Shown here one piece after another: positions 62,590 through 64,000 of a DNA stretch of 64,000 bases. Both the position numbers and the translations under genes were made by a program. The notes under the pieces were generated by a model. It was given only the letters and a program-made list of their open reading frames with translations. It did not search any database and was not told the DNA's origin. How positions within the stretch are numbered: the first letter of the stretch is position 1; each line of letters starts with the position of its first letter. Source of the stretch: Acidimicrobiia bacterium (GTDB lineage Bacteria > Actinomycetota > Acidimicrobiia > Spongiisociales > Spongiisociaceae); the NCBI GenBank assembly GCA_011523635.1, contig WTGI01000009.1, forward strand, positions 16,781-80,780. The letters are read 5' to 3'.

Positions 62590-63009
62590 CTAGCCTGACG
62601 TGCTCCGGTTGCGGTCGGTCAGCCGGGTCACGAGCGGCGGCCCGGAGTGACGGGTCGGGACCAGCTCGGATCCGGATGGTGGTGCCGAATCCAGGCCGTA
62701 CTTGAAGACCAGGTGCAGGTAGTCACGCCGGTACAGCAGCCTGATGTCCACGTCGGGATACCGGGCCCGGAACAGGCGCACCTTGCGCTTCTTCTTGGTG
62801 ACCAGGCTCTGCTTCATGGTGGTCAGCTCCACGAAGACGTCCTCGTCCGGCAGGTAGAAGTCGGGGGTGAAGCTCTTGGTAGGCCGACCCTCTTCGTCCC
62901 ACTGGATGGGAAACGAGCGGGGCTCGTACTCCCAGCGCACGTGGTAGAAGTCGAGCAGCCGGGCGAACTGGATCTCGCTGTGGTGGGCGAAGGCGACGCC
63001 GGCAGGGGA
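62590..63009 (-). CDS. hypothetical protein, possible PD-(D/E)xK nuclease-like fold
   Basis: FTPDFYLPDEDVFVELTTMKQ (D...E.K pattern). The probable GTG start is upstream of the track ATG (VAFAHHSEIQFARLLDFYHVRWEYEP...). Confidence 0.3.
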   Translation of the reverse strand, partial: SPAGVAFAHHSEIQFARLLDFYHVRWEYEPRSFPIQWDEEGRPTKSFTPDFYLPDEDVFVELTTMKQSLVTKKKRKVRLFRARYPDVDIRLLYRRDYLHLVFKYGLDSAPPSGSELVPTRHSGPPLVTRLTDRNRSTSG

Positions 63010-63038
63010 AGATGTGACCGGACTCGGGCCGGAGGAGG

Positions 63039-63614
63039 TCAGCTGTTGGCCGCCTCGGGACCGGATTGGAGTTCAGCAAAAGGGAGCTCGGCCTGCACCG
63101 CGCTCGGAGCGAAGTCCAGCAACTCACCCTTGAGATCACGCTGGATCCGTCCGACGGCGATGGCGAATACTCCCTGACCCCGCTGGAGCGCGTCCATCAG
63201 GTACTCCTGGGTTCCCTCACGGTCGAAGCTGGTCAGGATGGTGGCGCCGTCGCTGATCAGGTTGGCTTCGGAGAGGGGTAGGTCGATCTCCTGCTCGCGG
63301 AGCCACTCGACCGCCGTCCGGATCCGGTTGAGGTGGAGGCCCGTGTCGAGGAGGCCCTTGATCACCCGTAGCTGGACGAGGTCGGAGAAGGAGTAGAGCC
63401 GCTGGGTCCCGGATCCCTGCGCCGCTATCAGTGAAGGCTGCAGGAGGTCGGTGCGATCCCAGTAGTCGAGCTGGCGATAGGTGATCCCGGCCAGCTTGCA
63501 CACCTGGGGCGCCCGGTAGCCCTGCATCGCCTCAGCCGGGTTCTCGGTATTGATATCTCGGTCCATCGGAACGGGACTCCCCTCCCCGGCGGGTCGGCGC
63601 CGACCCGCTGTCAC
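63039..63614 (-). CDS. MerR family transcriptional regulator
   Basis: HTH VCKLAGITYRQLDYWDRTDLLQP. The start may be at MDRDIN (63566). Confidence 0.7.
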   Translation of the reverse strand: MTAGRRRPAGEGSPVPMDRDINTENPAEAMQGYRAPQVCKLAGITYRQLDYWDRTDLLQPSLIAAQGSGTQRLYSFSDLVQLRVIKGLLDTGLHLNRIRTAVEWLREQEIDLPLSEANLISDGATILTSFDREGTQEYLMDALQRGQGVFAIAVGRIQRDLKGELLDFAPSAVQAELPFAELQSGPEAANS

Positions 63615-63863
63615 CGGGTCATTACAGCCAGGTAATTACCTGTGTGCGAGCCGTACGATAGACCATCGGGAGCCGCGTTCCAACGGTTTCCCGGGGATGC
63701 CCACCCCCCGGGCGCGGGGATTTGCCCTGGGTTCAGCCCGGCCTGGACGATCCGTTCCGAGTCGGTTCAGGCCGTCTGAGTTTCACTGCGCAGGGGCTGA
63801 GAACCACGGGAAACAGCAGGAGAAAGAACCACGGCAGCCTTGACTTGACCTCAATAATAATTA

Positions 63864-63898
63864 ACGACTATCAACTAACAACTAGCAACTAAAAACTA
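63864..63898. repeat. degenerate tandem heptad repeat (ACGACTA TCAACTA ACAACTA GCAACTA AAAACTA) in an AT-rich island
   Basis: Same NCAACTA heptad family as 58748..58782. Again it overlaps the stop codon of a minus-strand gene. Confidence 0.6.
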
Positions 63899-64000
63899 AC
63901 CGCTCCTGAAGTCCTCTGGCGACAGATCTTCGAGGAACTCCCGGAAGGCCTCCACCTCCGCCTCCTGGTGGTCGTCCTTGATCTCGATGCCGGCGTCGTC
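63896..64000 (-). CDS. partial CDS (C-terminal end only; gene continues beyond the window)
   Basis: Open minus-strand frame ...DDAGIEIKDDHQEAEVEAFREFLEDLSPEDFRSG* ending with TAG at 63896..63898. Confidence 0.3.
   Translation of the reverse strand, partial: DDAGIEIKDDHQEAEVEAFREFLEDLSPEDFRSG

Noticed and set aside
1-64000. tRNA, rRNA or tmRNA genes
   Set aside because: I scanned intergenic regions (437-551, 907-1014, 15495-15669, 22574-22650, 29206-29291, 36015-36185, 41608-41743, 43892-44158, 46491-46920) for T-arm GTTCGA(A/G)TCC-like motifs and cloverleaf symmetry and found none.

Overview
This is a high-GC (roughly 68-70%) window from an Actinomycetota-like chromosome. Gene content and synteny support that placement: thrS, pgsA1, a PatA-like acyltransferase, a PimA-like GT4, pdxS, pdxT and yebC in the conserved order, plus an MshD-like tandem GNAT, an F420/LLM oxidoreductase and a nitrobindin-like protein. 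Most of the window is ordinary metabolism and housekeeping. There are two ABC substrate-binding lipoproteins, RNase HII, metY, a crotonase, an acyl-CoA dehydrogenase, a CGS-family PLP enzyme and a proline-racemase-family enzyme. There is also msrA with a nitrobindin-like gene, msrB next to a Mo oxidoreductase, the gcvT-gcvH-gcvPA-gcvPB operon, ggt, a Phd/VapC toxin-antitoxin pair, an amidase, an arylsulfatase, class I FBA, citrate synthase and an EF-G paralog.

The accessory and unusual features are these:
1. A 3,119-bp IS1595-family element (16747..19865) with 22-bp terminal inverted repeats and a perfect 8-bp target-site duplication (ATACGGAT). It is inserted in frame at about codon 40 of an ATP-dependent DNA ligase (LigB-like) gene. 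Besides the transposase it carries passenger genes: an SLH-domain secreted protein, a small membrane protein behind a structured leader that could sequester its RBS, a coiled-coil protein and a DUF2513 protein.
2. A roughly 165-nt structured repeat present in three copies (4008..4171 +, 10957..11118 +, 43910..44076 -). The copies share a G-rich (GGN)6 tract, a covarying hairpin with a conserved GGA loop followed by a T-tract, and a terminal CGCGATTTTCGCG hairpin.
3. A 35-nt hairpin motif present twice in inverted orientation, bracketing a SAM-methyltransferase gene.
4. AT-rich islands carrying tandem CAACTAG heptads immediately after stop codons.
5. A frameshifted DUF222-HNH gene.
6. A NucS-like nuclease fused to a second domain, which is a candidate defence gene.

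No rRNA, tRNA or CRISPR was found. All calls are made by eye from the sequence and the ORF track. No database search was run.
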